A stretch of DNA of 64,000 bases from Minisyncoccota bacterium (lineage in GTDB: Bacteria > Patescibacteriota > Minisyncoccia > UBA6257 > JAGOQP01): NCBI GenBank assembly GCA_017991375.1, contig JAGOQP010000005.1, positions 8,348 through 72,347 on the forward strand, written 5' to 3'. Below, piece after piece: positions 1 to 8,744 of this stretch. Both the position numbers and the translations under genes were made by a program. Each line of letters opens with the position of its first letter. Position 1 is the stretch's first letter. The notes under the pieces were generated by a model that searched no databases, was not told the origin of the DNA, and saw nothing but the letters and a program-made list of their open reading frames with translations.

Positions 1-450
1 AGTGCGCTCGACGCTATAACTAAAAAGAATCCATTTGCTCCTATTGAAGCGGTGCCACTTCCTCAACTTAGTGGAGCGGTGGCGGGTTCGATTGCTAACT
101 TCGTTTCGTATATGGGTCTTGCTGTTTCCAAGCAGTCGTCATATCCGTATGTCGCGTGGCATTTTGCGAGTTATCTTACCATGAGCGATGCTGTCTCTGA
201 TACATATCTTCAACAAACAGGGAAACTTCCCGCGCTTAAAACACTCATTAACAAAGGTATTCAAGCAGGGGATCGCAAAAGCGTTTTTCTTAAGTCGTTT
301 TTAACCGCTAAAACATGGGGGCAAGCTGACGCTACCGCTATTGCCTCTATATTTCGTTCAATGATATTTAATATTATTTCCGGGAAACTTGATCAGGGTA
401 AGGCGATCGGGGCGGCTCAAGAACAAATAAATCAATTGGGTGCTTACTGA
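1..450 (+). CDS. C-terminal fragment of a putative ABC-transporter solute-binding protein; the gene starts upstream of the window
   Basis: ORF is open to the window edge and stops at TGA 448-450. The 132-aa tail is hydrophilic and loosely resembles family-1 solute-binding proteins. Weak. Confidence 0.3.
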   Translation, partial: SALDAITKKNPFAPIEAVPLPQLSGAVAGSIANFVSYMGLAVSKQSSYPYVAWHFASYLTMSDAVSDTYLQQTGKLPALKTLINKGIQAGDRKSVFLKSFLTAKTWGQADATAIASIFRSMIFNIISGKLDQGKAIGAAQEQINQLGAY

Positions 451-471
451 TGATGTGGTATACTTTTTATT

Positions 472-837
472 ATGACAAAGCGTCTGTTGGTTCTATGTGC
501 TAGTGGTTTTTTGGGGGCTACCTTTTTTGTTTTTTCCATGCCGGCACACGCGGCTTTGGTGACCTGCGGGAACACTGACCAGAATCCATGCACGTTTACT
601 GATCTTCTTAATCTAGCTAATGTTGTTATACGTTTTGCGCTCTTTAACATCGCGCTTCCCCTTGTAACCGCGCTTGTTGTTTTTTTGGGGATTAAACTAG
701 TTATCTCCCGGGGAAAACCGGGGGAGTTTGCTCAAGCCAGAAAACAGCTTACCAATACACTCATTGGACTCGCGATTGCGTTTGGGGCGTGGATTATTGT
801 TGGTACTCTTTTGCGGTTTATCGCGATGCTTAAGTAG
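472..837 (+). CDS. VirB2/TrbC-like T4SS-pilin-family small membrane protein (paralog 1 of 5)
   Basis: 121 aa with a signal peptide (MTKRLLVLCASGFLGATFFVFSMPAHA) and a Cys pair (CGNTDQNPC). Two C-terminal hydrophobic helices are separated by the loop SRGKPGEFAQARKQL. The same architecture repeats in the next 4 genes. Confidence 0.5.
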   Translation: MTKRLLVLCASGFLGATFFVFSMPAHAALVTCGNTDQNPCTFTDLLNLANVVIRFALFNIALPLVTALVVFLGIKLVISRGKPGEFAQARKQLTNTLIGLAIAFGAWIIVGTLLRFIAMLK

Positions 838-853
838 GATATACTTACGATAT

Positions 854-1195
854 ATGAAACATTTTCTCTTCTCACTTCTTGCTTATGGTCTTGCTCTTAA
901 CGCTCGAGCTCAATCGGGGGGTGAGAGTGTAATATTAGAAAACCCCATCCCTGGAACAACCAGTTTGGAAGGGCTTATTGATAAGGTCATTAACTACTTG
1001 TTCATTATCGCGACTCCTATCGCTACTATTATGGCGCTTTACGCCGGGTTTGTTATATTAACCGGGAAGGGAAACCCGGCTAAATTGAAAGAGGGATATT
1101 CTATACTAAAGAATATCGCGATTGGTTATGGTGTTATTATATGCGCCAAGGGTGTCTCACTTTTAGTTATGGAGTTTTTAGGGGTTAACCAATAA
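854..1195 (+). CDS. VirB2/TrbC-like pilin-family protein (paralog 2)
   Basis: ATG at 854 is in frame with ORF 728..1195. Signal peptide MKHFLFSLLAYGLALNARA, then TM, loop TGKGNPAKLKEGYSILKN, then TM. Confidence 0.5.
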   Translation: MKHFLFSLLAYGLALNARAQSGGESVILENPIPGTTSLEGLIDKVINYLFIIATPIATIMALYAGFVILTGKGNPAKLKEGYSILKNIAIGYGVIICAKGVSLLVMEFLGVNQ

Positions 1196-1210
1196 TTATT
1201 TATTATTTTT

Positions 1211-1564
1211 ATGAAAAAACTAGCATATACATTGTTTGCGATAGTTCTTGGGGTCACTATTTTTACTCCAATCGCCCTGGGGGTGACCACGACCCCTCTT
1301 CCTGAATCGCCTATACAGAATTTTGAAGGGGAAAAAAGTGTTATGGGATTGCTGGAGAAGGCCGTTGTGTGGATGTACCGTATATTTTTTGTGATAGCTG
1401 TTTTATATATTCTTATCGCGGCATTCACTATCTTGACCGAAAAAGATAAGGCAAAAGCGTGGGAAAAAGGAAAGGCGCAACTTACTAACGCGGCAATCGC
1501 TATTGTGGTTGCCTTGGTCGCAAGCGGATTTGCGGCAGTCGTTAAATCGTTTCTTACCTCTTAA
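1211..1564 (+). CDS. VirB2/TrbC-like pilin-family protein (paralog 3)
   Basis: 117 aa with a signal peptide. TM, loop TEKDKAKAWEKGKAQLTN, then TM. Confidence 0.5.
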   Translation: MKKLAYTLFAIVLGVTIFTPIALGVTTTPLPESPIQNFEGEKSVMGLLEKAVVWMYRIFFVIAVLYILIAAFTILTEKDKAKAWEKGKAQLTNAAIAIVVALVASGFAAVVKSFLTS

Positions 1565-1567
1565 ATT

Positions 1568-2065
1568 ATGCGACTATTTTTTATTTCGCTTTTTTTGCTC
1601 ATTACTCTTCTTTTTACTGTTTCGGTTGCGTTGGCAGCAAACACGAGTGATTATGTTTCACCACTTCAGGATACGCTCAAATCCCCCATTACCGACTACA
1701 AACAGATTGCTGACGTGAGTACGTCGCGCGGGCTTATCTTTACCGTCATTACGTTCGCGTACTATCTTCTCTTTGCCGTCGCGACGCTTTTTATTATTAT
1801 CGCGGCGTACAATTTTGTTCTTGGTGGCGCTGATAAAAGTGGCAAGAAAGTTCAACTTGCTCAAGCGCAACTTAAGTATGCTATTATCGCGCTTATTGTT
1901 GGGCTTCTTGTTTTAGTGATTCCTAAATTGGTTACTAACACCGTGGAAAATGCCGGCACTGGCGCTAATACAACCGTGCCCCCTCAGAGCACCGCACGGG
2001 GGAATGATACGGATTATTGCACGCTTTATCCACTTGATCCGTATTGTCGCGTGGGGCCATATTAA
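1568..2065 (+). CDS. VirB2/TrbC-like pilin-family protein (paralog 4) with a C-terminal Cys-containing extension
   Basis: 165 aa with a signal peptide. TM, loop GGADKSGKKVQLAQAQLKY, then TM. C-terminal tail ends ...DYCTLYPLDPYCRVGPY. Confidence 0.5.
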   Translation: MRLFFISLFLLITLLFTVSVALAANTSDYVSPLQDTLKSPITDYKQIADVSTSRGLIFTVITFAYYLLFAVATLFIIIAAYNFVLGGADKSGKKVQLAQAQLKYAIIALIVGLLVLVIPKLVTNTVENAGTGANTTVPPQSTARGNDTDYCTLYPLDPYCRVGPY

Positions 2066-2158
2066 TTCGTGCTATGTACATAGAGCCATCGCTGTTTGTA
2101 CTTTTTATTTCTTTGTGCTATCATAGTATCAATAAGTAATTTATTATTAATATTTATT

Positions 2159-2539
2159 ATGAATAAAAAGACGTTGTTAGCGACAGGTATTACCGTGTTG
2201 ATTCTCGGTGTGTCTTTGGTTACCGCATTTGCTCAACCAAGCGGGCCGATCAACATTCCTGGTGTTGGGGTGCAGAATGCAAATCTGACCAGCGTTGGTG
2301 GGTGGGTCGGTGTTTTAATCACTGTTATTCGTTGGTTGTACCATATTCTATTTGTTGTTGCTGTTTTGATGATTATATGGGCGGCGTTCTTGTTCGTTAC
2401 GAGCAAGGGAGATCCAAAAAAGACAGATGTGGCAAAGAATATGATCAAATACGCGATCATTGGTATGATTGTCGCCCTTCTTTCTTACGTGATTGTGCAG
2501 TTCATTCAGAACGCTGTTACTAACACACTTACTTCGTAG
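2159..2539 (+). CDS. VirB2/TrbC-like pilin-family protein (paralog 5)
   Basis: ATG at 2159 (MNKKTLLATG...) within ORF 2096..2539. Signal peptide, then TM, loop TSKGDPKKTDVAKNMIKY, then TM. Confidence 0.5.
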   Translation: MNKKTLLATGITVLILGVSLVTAFAQPSGPINIPGVGVQNANLTSVGGWVGVLITVIRWLYHILFVVAVLMIIWAAFLFVTSKGDPKKTDVAKNMIKYAIIGMIVALLSYVIVQFIQNAVTNTLTS

Positions 2540-2552
2540 TAAACAAAATAAA

Positions 2553-2590
2553 AAACCGCCCCCTGATCGGGGTGGTTTTTTATTTTGCTT
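2553..2590 (+). terminator. Rho-independent terminator after the pilin array
   Basis: Hairpin ccgccccctgatcggggtgg followed by the T-run ttttttatttt. Confidence 0.6.
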
Positions 2591-2627
2591 ACACGGTGTT
2601 GGCGGAAACTCCTAACCTTTGGTCTTG

Positions 2628-2711
2628 TGTCGGAGGGGAGATTTGAACTCCCAAGACATTTCTGTCACTAGCTCCTAAGGCTAGCGCGTCTGCCAATTTC
2701 GCCACTCCGAC
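2628..2711 (-). tRNA. tRNA-Leu (anticodon UAG), type II with a long variable arm
   Basis: Reverse complement is GTCGGAG...CTAGC-CTTAGGA-GCTAG, with variable arm TGACAGAAATGTC, T-arm GGGAGTTCAAATCTCCC, and acceptor CTCCGAC+A. The acceptor stem pairs perfectly. Confidence 0.8.
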
Positions 2712-2789
2712 GTTGTCATGCAGAGATTATATTGTTTCTGTTTTGCCATTCTGATACAGAGCGTACATTGTTATGTATGTGATTGCAAA

Positions 2790-3698
2790 TTACGCGCGAC
2801 GTTTTCCGTGGAATGCTTGGTGGACATTTTTGAGCTCTTTGTTGGTAATATGTGTGTATACTTGTGTCGTGGCGATATTAGCATGTCCCAAAAGCGCTTG
2901 TACTGAGCGAATATCGGCTCCGTTCATAAGTAGATCGGTTGCAAATTGGTGTCTCAATTGGTGCGGGGTTATTTTTTTTACGATCCCTGCTTTTTTTGCG
3001 TAGTGTTGAACAAGACGTTGTATAGTGCGAGGGAGTATTTTTCCAAGAACTTTTGGATTTTTTGCTTTCGACATACTCACAAAAAGCGCTTCTTCCGCGT
3101 CGGGTCTTTTTTCTAGGTATTCTTTTATTGCTTTTTGAGCGCGCGGAGAAAGAAATACCACACGTAACTTTTGTCCTTTGCCTCTTACTGTTATTTCCCC
3201 GCGAGATATATCAAGATATCGAGAAAGCGAACAGAGCTCGCTGATACGCAGACCCGTTGAGAAAAGAGTTTCTAATAGCGCTCGATCACGCAGAGCTTTT
3301 AAGGAGGTGCCCTGAGGGCCCTTGAGAAATCGCTCCAGGTCCGCGTAGTCCACTACTTCTATCTGGCGTTGCTCTATTTTAGGAAGCTCTATTTGTTCGG
3401 GGAGTATGTTGAGAGGAACCTCGTTCTTTACGCAGTATTTTAGAAAATTTCGCAGAGCGATTGCGTAATAACTTTGTGTTTTGCGTTTTAGATATTCTAA
3501 TTCCTTTCCTTTTTTTCGAGATAGAGAGAGTCGAAACTGTTTGACTGCGTACTGCGTGACTTCTTTTATTGTTTTAGCACTGCTTTCTTTTACAAACGTG
3601 TTTAGGTAGCGGCGATAATTTTCCACCGTTTTTGGTGAACGATTTTTTTCTATTTCAAGATAGTCCAGGTAGTCATTTATAAGTTGTTGGAGAGACAT
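2790..3698 (-). CDS. XerC/XerD-family tyrosine site-specific recombinase
   Basis: 302 aa. C-terminal catalytic motif HQLRHQFATDLLMNGADIRSVQALLGHANIATTQVYTH and N-terminal core-binding helices (LDYLEIEKNRSPKTVENY). Confidence 0.8.
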   Translation of the reverse strand: MSLQQLINDYLDYLEIEKNRSPKTVENYRRYLNTFVKESSAKTIKEVTQYAVKQFRLSLSRKKGKELEYLKRKTQSYYAIALRNFLKYCVKNEVPLNILPEQIELPKIEQRQIEVVDYADLERFLKGPQGTSLKALRDRALLETLFSTGLRISELCSLSRYLDISRGEITVRGKGQKLRVVFLSPRAQKAIKEYLEKRPDAEEALFVSMSKAKNPKVLGKILPRTIQRLVQHYAKKAGIVKKITPHQLRHQFATDLLMNGADIRSVQALLGHANIATTQVYTHITNKELKNVHQAFHGKRRA

Positions 3699-3700
3699 AA

Positions 3701-3761
3701 CATGATGCTAATACTAACTAACGACTAACCACCTACAACTAACAACAAGAGAAATCGTTAA
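3701..3761. repeat. 61-nt interspersed repeat, copy A, identical to 34696..34756
   Basis: catgatgctaatactaactaacgactaaccacctacaactaacaacaagagaaatcgttaa occurs identically at both loci. A degenerate copy is at 18171..18218. Confidence 0.9.
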
Positions 3762-4057
3762 TCTTTGACCAGGACCGGGAAGACGATCTTTCATCTTTAG
3801 TCATTAATCCTTGACTGGGAGCGGGGAGGGAATCATTAATCTTTTATCGTTAATTGTTGACCGAGAGCGGGTAGCTATTAACCTTTGGTTTTTGATCGCC
3901 GGTCGTTAATTGCCGAATCTTATTATACACTTTTTAATATTGTGCGACAGATGGGTATATTGATTGTGGCTAATGGCCTTCCTATCTCGTCGCGGCGGGT
4001 TTGGAATGGTGCTCATGCATATGATTGACTTTTGGGGCTAAATGGCATATACTATAG

Positions 4058-4327
4058 ATGATGCTTACTACACGAAAAAAGCAAAACATTATTAAGGATG
4101 TTCGGGTTCATGACCAAGATACCGGTTCTGCACAGGTTCAGATAGGGCTTTTGAGTCGCCAGATCGACGAACTTGCAAAGCATCTTAAGACAAACCCCAA
4201 AGATAATTCCTCACGACGGGGGCTTTTGAAGATGGTCTCTAAGCGTCGCAAGCTCTTGGATTTTCTTGCGCGCACCGACGAAAAAGAATACGGGAGAGTG
4301 GTTAAGAAGCTTGGATTGAAGAAATAA
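4058..4327 (+). CDS. rpsO: 30S ribosomal protein S15
   Basis: 89 aa with ...GSAQVQIGLLSRQIDELAKHLKTNPKDNSSRRGLLKMVSKRRKLLDFL, the canonical S15 motifs. Confidence 0.9.
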   Translation: MMLTTRKKQNIIKDVRVHDQDTGSAQVQIGLLSRQIDELAKHLKTNPKDNSSRRGLLKMVSKRRKLLDFLARTDEKEYGRVVKKLGLKK

Positions 4328-4959
4328 TGAGCACCACACACAATCGAGATCAGCGCGTTGGGGTTTTTGTTGATGTACAAAATCTCTACCATTCGGCGAA
4401 GCATTTATATAATGCGCGGGTTAACTTTGCGCAACTTCTTACTTCGCTTGTGGGGCCACGCAAGCTGATTCGTGCGGTTGCGTATGTGGTAAAAAGCGAT
4501 CAGATGCTTGAGGGAGTTCGGTTGGAAAATAATAACGCGCCTACGCGTGTCGGGCGAGGCGCATCTGTCGCAAGCGGAACCGCAGAGGGACGTCATCTTT
4601 CACCCGAGGCGGCTTTTTTTGATGCGCTGGAGAAAAGTGGTATGGAACTTCGCGTGAAGGACCTACAGATTTTTCCTGGCGGGGCAAAAAAGGCTGATTG
4701 GGATGTTGGTTTGGCGGTCGATGCAATTCGCATGGCGTCGTTTTTAGATGTGATTATCCTCGTTACGGGAGATGGAGATTTCGTCCCATTAGTTGAATAT
4801 CTCAAATGGGGACTTGGGAGGCAGGTTGAAGTCGCGTCCTTTTCGCGCAGTACTTCATCTCGGCTCAGAGAATCTGCCGATGTATACATCAATCTTGAAG
4901 ACGATCCTTCGTTTTTGCTTCGCTCTCGGCCTTCGCGCGCGCGGGCACATAAACGTTAA
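4327..4959 (+). CDS. NYN/LabA-like domain protein (putative RNase), inserted between rpsO and pnp
   Basis: VGVFVDVQNLYHSAK ... VIILVTGDGDFVPLVEYLKWGLGRQVEV is the NYN (PF01936-like) signature. Its ATG overlaps the rpsO stop (taATGa). Confidence 0.6.
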   Translation: MSTTHNRDQRVGVFVDVQNLYHSAKHLYNARVNFAQLLTSLVGPRKLIRAVAYVVKSDQMLEGVRLENNNAPTRVGRGASVASGTAEGRHLSPEAAFFDALEKSGMELRVKDLQIFPGGAKKADWDVGLAVDAIRMASFLDVIILVTGDGDFVPLVEYLKWGLGRQVEVASFSRSTSSRLRESADVYINLEDDPSFLLRSRPSRARAHKR

Positions 4960-4969
4960 TTAGTAACTT

Positions 4970-7105
4970 ATGCAGCTTCGTAACAAGAAAGAATTTACCC
5001 TTCCTTTCGCGGGGAGGGATTTGACGTTCACTGTTTCGGATGTTGCCGGGCAAGCGAATGCCTCGGTGATTGGGCAGTATGGCGATACTGCCGTATTAGT
5101 CACGGTCGTGATGGGGAAAGAAGATCGCGCCATTGATTTTTTTCCACTTACTGTTGATTATGAAGAGCGATTTTATGCCGCAGGAAAAATTTTAGGGAGT
5201 CGCTTTGTTCGTCGCGAAGGTCGCCCTACCGATTTTGCCGTTCTTTCAGGAAGATTAATTGATCGTACTATTAGACCTCTTTTTGATCCACGACTGAGAC
5301 GTGATGTTCAAGTGGTGGTTACTATTCTCTCGTACGACGACGAAAACGATCCTGATTTCATCGCTCTCGCGACTGCCTCACTCGCGCTTTCCATCTCTGA
5401 TATTCCGTGGGATGGTCCAGCGTTGGGGGTTCGTGTGTTGCGTACTGCTGATGGCGTGGTGCTTAATCCTCTCAATAGTGCCGTGGCGGAACATGGGCTT
5501 ACCGAAGGAAACTTTAGCGCGTTTTTCTCGGGGACTGAGCGTCGTATAAATATGATAGAGCTTTCTGGTCTTAACGCGCGCAGTGCCGATGTTGAACAGG
5601 CGTTTTCGAGCGCGTTTAGCGAAATACAAAAACTCATCGCGTTTGAAAAAGACATTTGCAACGAAATTGGGAAGCCAAAAGCAACAATTGCGTTGGCTAC
5701 GATAGATGCTGATTTTGAAAAGATGGTGCGTGATCTTGCGTATGAGAAATTGCGTGACGCGCTCTTTCTTTCAAATAAAACAGAGCGGGCCACAGCTGTT
5801 TCCGCGTTGCGCAAAGATGTTGCCGAGCGTTTAACGCGTGATGGTGTTATCTACACCGAGGGAGATCTTGGGTCTATTTGGGAAGACCTTATAAACGAAA
5901 TTGTCCATCAGGAAGCGCTTGATGGAAAACGACGTGTCGATGGCAGGGCGTTTGATGAAGTTCGACCCCTTTATGCCGAGATTGGACTTTTTAAGCGACT
6001 TCATGGATCCGCTCTTTTTATGCGTGGCGAGACACAATCATTGGCGGTGACCACGCTGGCGGCTCCTGGATCGGAACAACTCGTTGAAAGCATGGAAGGA
6101 TCGGCAAAGCGTCGATTTATGTTGCACTACAACTTTCCCCCATTTTCCACGGGCGAGATTGGTCGCATGGGAATGCCGGGGAGGCGTGAGATTGGACATG
6201 GGGCTCTTGCTGAAAAAGCGCTCAGACCTGTTATTCCTTCTCAAGAAATTTTTCCTTATACGGTTCGCGTAGTGTCGGAAATTCTCTCGTCCAATGGGTC
6301 GTCTTCCATGGCGTCAGTGTGCGCTGGCACCATGGCTCTCATGGATGCCGGGGTTCCCATCTCTCATCCAGTCGCAGGTATCGCGATGGGGCTCATGACT
6401 CGTCAGGGATATGACCTTTCTTCTTCAAGTGATGAGTTTGTCGTGTTAACCGATATTCAAGGACCCGAGGATCACTACGGGGATATGGATCTTAAGATTG
6501 CGGGGACTCGCGAGGGAATTACCGCGATTCAAATGGATGTGAAAGTCGAAGGGATTACTCAAGCTATTTTTTCTCGCGCTATTTCGGATGGACAAAAAGC
6601 GCGGGAGCATATTCTCGAGGTTATTGAAAAAACTATTGCTGCTCCGAAAAAAGAACTTTCACCTTTTGCGCCTGTTATTATGTCCTTGACTATAAAGCCG
6701 TATCAAATTGGAGGCGTTATTGGCCCTGGGGGCAAGATTATCAATGGCATGATTGAGGACTTTGGGCTTCAGTCCATTGATATTGATGAATCTGGGCGCG
6801 TGTATGTAGCTGCCGATTCCGCCGAAAAAGCCGCCAAAGCCGTTGATCACATTCGTGGTATGACAAAAGAGTACGAAGTCGGAGATGTTGTTGAAGGTCC
6901 TATTGTTCGTCTTTTGGAGTTTGGTGGCATTGTTGACCTTGGTGGAGGCAAAGATGGCATGGTGCATATTTCAGAGGTGAAAAATGGATTTGTAAATAAA
7001 ATTACCGACGTGCTCAAAGAAGGGCAGGTTGTTAAGGCGAAAGTTATCAAGGTAGACGAGAGCGGAAAAATAGGGCTTTCGATCAAAGCACTTGGGACTA
7101 ATTAA
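4970..7105 (+). CDS. pnp: Polyribonucleotide nucleotidyltransferase (PNPase)
   Basis: 711 aa with two RNase PH domains plus KH/S1. Motifs: FFPLTVDYEERFYAAGKI, RP..R.IRPL, and the C-terminal S1 (GDVVEGPIVRLLEFGGIV). Confidence 0.9.
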   Translation: MQLRNKKEFTLPFAGRDLTFTVSDVAGQANASVIGQYGDTAVLVTVVMGKEDRAIDFFPLTVDYEERFYAAGKILGSRFVRREGRPTDFAVLSGRLIDRTIRPLFDPRLRRDVQVVVTILSYDDENDPDFIALATASLALSISDIPWDGPALGVRVLRTADGVVLNPLNSAVAEHGLTEGNFSAFFSGTERRINMIELSGLNARSADVEQAFSSAFSEIQKLIAFEKDICNEIGKPKATIALATIDADFEKMVRDLAYEKLRDALFLSNKTERATAVSALRKDVAERLTRDGVIYTEGDLGSIWEDLINEIVHQEALDGKRRVDGRAFDEVRPLYAEIGLFKRLHGSALFMRGETQSLAVTTLAAPGSEQLVESMEGSAKRRFMLHYNFPPFSTGEIGRMGMPGRREIGHGALAEKALRPVIPSQEIFPYTVRVVSEILSSNGSSSMASVCAGTMALMDAGVPISHPVAGIAMGLMTRQGYDLSSSSDEFVVLTDIQGPEDHYGDMDLKIAGTREGITAIQMDVKVEGITQAIFSRAISDGQKAREHILEVIEKTIAAPKKELSPFAPVIMSLTIKPYQIGGVIGPGGKIINGMIEDFGLQSIDIDESGRVYVAADSAEKAAKAVDHIRGMTKEYEVGDVVEGPIVRLLEFGGIVDLGGGKDGMVHISEVKNGFVNKITDVLKEGQVVKAKVIKVDESGKIGLSIKALGTN

Positions 7106-7124
7106 TTGATTATGATATCAAAAT

Positions 7125-7163
7125 CCCCCTCGTAACAAACGTTACGAGGGGGATTTTGTTTTT
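7125..7163. terminator. Bidirectional intrinsic terminator between pnp (+) and the 3D-domain gene (-)
   Basis: Perfect hairpin ccccctcgtaac-aaac-gttacgaggggg followed by attttgttttt. Confidence 0.7.
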
Positions 7164-7164
7164 C

Positions 7165-7674
7165 TTATAAGACGTTGATAGTTACTATCTTCTTTCCGAA
7201 CGAATGAGCCGTGTCATTATTAGCAAACCAAATATCTATAATATTCTGGTTATTGTATCGTTGGTTCATGCGATCCTCAACAGTAAATACCTTATCTCCA
7301 AATACGTCTGGAATGGTCACCTTAGTTCCCAAAGGCAAAAAGTTTGCAGCGATTACGCCATCATATACAAACGCTCCCGAAGCAGTAATGAATGGCGTGT
7401 CGTCTGTCTGGCTTTCTTGACTTGCGTATGCTGTTGCCCACACGGTCATTTCTTTCTTTGTTACCGTGGCAGCTTTCTTTGTTTTAACCACTGCTCTTTC
7501 AATAATAGAGTCGGTGACTGGTTGCTGAGTGCTGGGTTTTAACGCTTCTGATTTGACCGTGTATAACGTGTCAAAACCAGCTGCGTTGTTTGTTTGGATG
7601 CTTGTTATTTGCCCAACGGTAGAGCTTATAAGGGTTGCGGCAAAGGCAAATGACAGCGCTAAACGTTTACCCAT
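7165..7674 (-). CDS. Secreted 3D (Asp-Asp-Asp) domain protein (MltA/YocH-like cell-wall-binding fold)
   Basis: Signal peptide, then a C-terminal 3D-domain pattern with conserved Asp residues: ...TASGAFVYDGVIAANFLPLGTKVTIPDVFGDKVFTVEDRMNQRYNNQNIIDIW. Confidence 0.55.
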   Translation of the reverse strand: MGKRLALSFAFAATLISSTVGQITSIQTNNAAGFDTLYTVKSEALKPSTQQPVTDSIIERAVVKTKKAATVTKKEMTVWATAYASQESQTDDTPFITASGAFVYDGVIAANFLPLGTKVTIPDVFGDKVFTVEDRMNQRYNNQNIIDIWFANNDTAHSFGKKIVTINVL

Positions 7675-8124
7675 ATAGTGTTATTTTATGCTTATAAATC
7701 CTTATTAATGGCTATTTTTCTTGCTTTTTAGAGCAACAAAAAAGTCCCTGGGAGACCCCTGGACTGTACCTCCATTATACACGAGTGGGGGAAAAAGTCA
7801 AGTGGGGGCACTGGGTAGTGGTAAGTGAAAAGAGAAAAGTGGAAAGTGGGAAGAGGGGTGAAACATTTAAAGTGGAAAGTCCCCCTTCGTCCACCGTAGG
7901 TGGACTACGGAAGGATGAATGAAAAGCGGAACACTGGGTGAAGAAGAGGGGGTAAATGACTGTTAGTTTATGACTCGTTCCGCGTTTATCGTTTCACATG
8001 TAACTCGTCTATCTTTAATCGTTAACCAGGGACGCGTTTAGTATTTCGTATGGCGTACTTTGTTGGGGTGGATTTGCAACGAAATTGCGTGTTCTTATAG
8101 CGGAGGAGAGTATATGCTGGTATT

Positions 8125-8712
8125 ATGTGTTGTATGAAAGAGATCCTTACGCGGGCATTGGTACTAGGGTGTTTTGATGTTGGAGAGATGGATGGATTGG
8201 TCCGCCTGTATACAAAAGAGCTTGGCAAGGTGACGGCTCGTGCTCGGAGTATTCGCAAGATAACGTCAAAATCTGGCGGACATTTACAGCCACTCCATTT
8301 TGTAGTCACTCGGCTTGTTCGGCGATCGGGTGGTGGTGACGGATATGGCATCGTTGATGCAAGTGTTGATCCTATGTTTATAGGAGCATCTCCTCAAAAG
8401 CGATTTGATCTCATTCCTTTGATCGGGCTTTTAGACCGACTCACTCTAGATTATATGGCTGATGGTCGACTTTGGCTTTTTGTCGAAAAACTTTTTTTAA
8501 AACGATATGATCACCTTGACGCGGTGCGCACGCTCATTTCATTGTTAGGGTTTGACCCACGCTCCGCGGCATGTGCTCACTGTCACGCATGGTCTGTTTC
8601 CGCTTTTGTTTCTGGGCATGATGTTTTTTTATGTGATTCGTGTGCTTTGTCTGTTGATTCAAATGCGGTAGAATGGATAGGAGAGGACAAACAACCAACG
8701 ACTCATAACTAA
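8125..8712 (+). CDS. recO: DNA repair protein RecO
   Basis: N-terminal OB-fold region (ALVLGCFDVGEMDGLVRLYTKELGKVTARAR) and C-terminal Cys4 zinc motif (CAHCHAW...FLCDSC). The 3' end runs into repeat-like sequence (..EDKQPTTHN*). Confidence 0.6.
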   Translation: MCCMKEILTRALVLGCFDVGEMDGLVRLYTKELGKVTARARSIRKITSKSGGHLQPLHFVVTRLVRRSGGGDGYGIVDASVDPMFIGASPQKRFDLIPLIGLLDRLTLDYMADGRLWLFVEKLFLKRYDHLDAVRTLISLLGFDPRSAACAHCHAWSVSAFVSGHDVFLCDSCALSVDSNAVEWIGEDKQPTTHN

Positions 8713-8744
8713 CGACGCGTATTTTTTTGAGAATAAAATTTTAT

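Noticed and set aside
2628-3698. tRNA-Leu next to a tyrosine recombinase, as a possible genomic-island integrase with the pilin array as cargo
   Set aside because: The recombinase is XerC/D-sized with XerC/D-like motifs. It lies on the 5' side of the tRNA, whereas an island integrase would sit beyond the tRNA 3' end. No direct repeat of the tRNA 3' end was found in the window.
4025-4053. Sigma-70-like promoter (TTGACT-17-TATACT) immediately upstream of rpsO, implying a near-leaderless mRNA
   Set aside because: The spacing is plausible, but a single hexamer match in AT-rich DNA is weak evidence. It is recorded here rather than as a feature.
5308-5814. Long antisense or alternative-frame ORFs in the track. 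Examples are 5308..5814(-) inside pnp, 30106..30518(-) inside clpB, 32359..32904(+) and 34141..34533(-)
   Set aside because: They lie entirely within strongly supported conserved genes or overlap them out of frame, and their translations are low-complexity. They are read-through artefacts of the six-frame scan.
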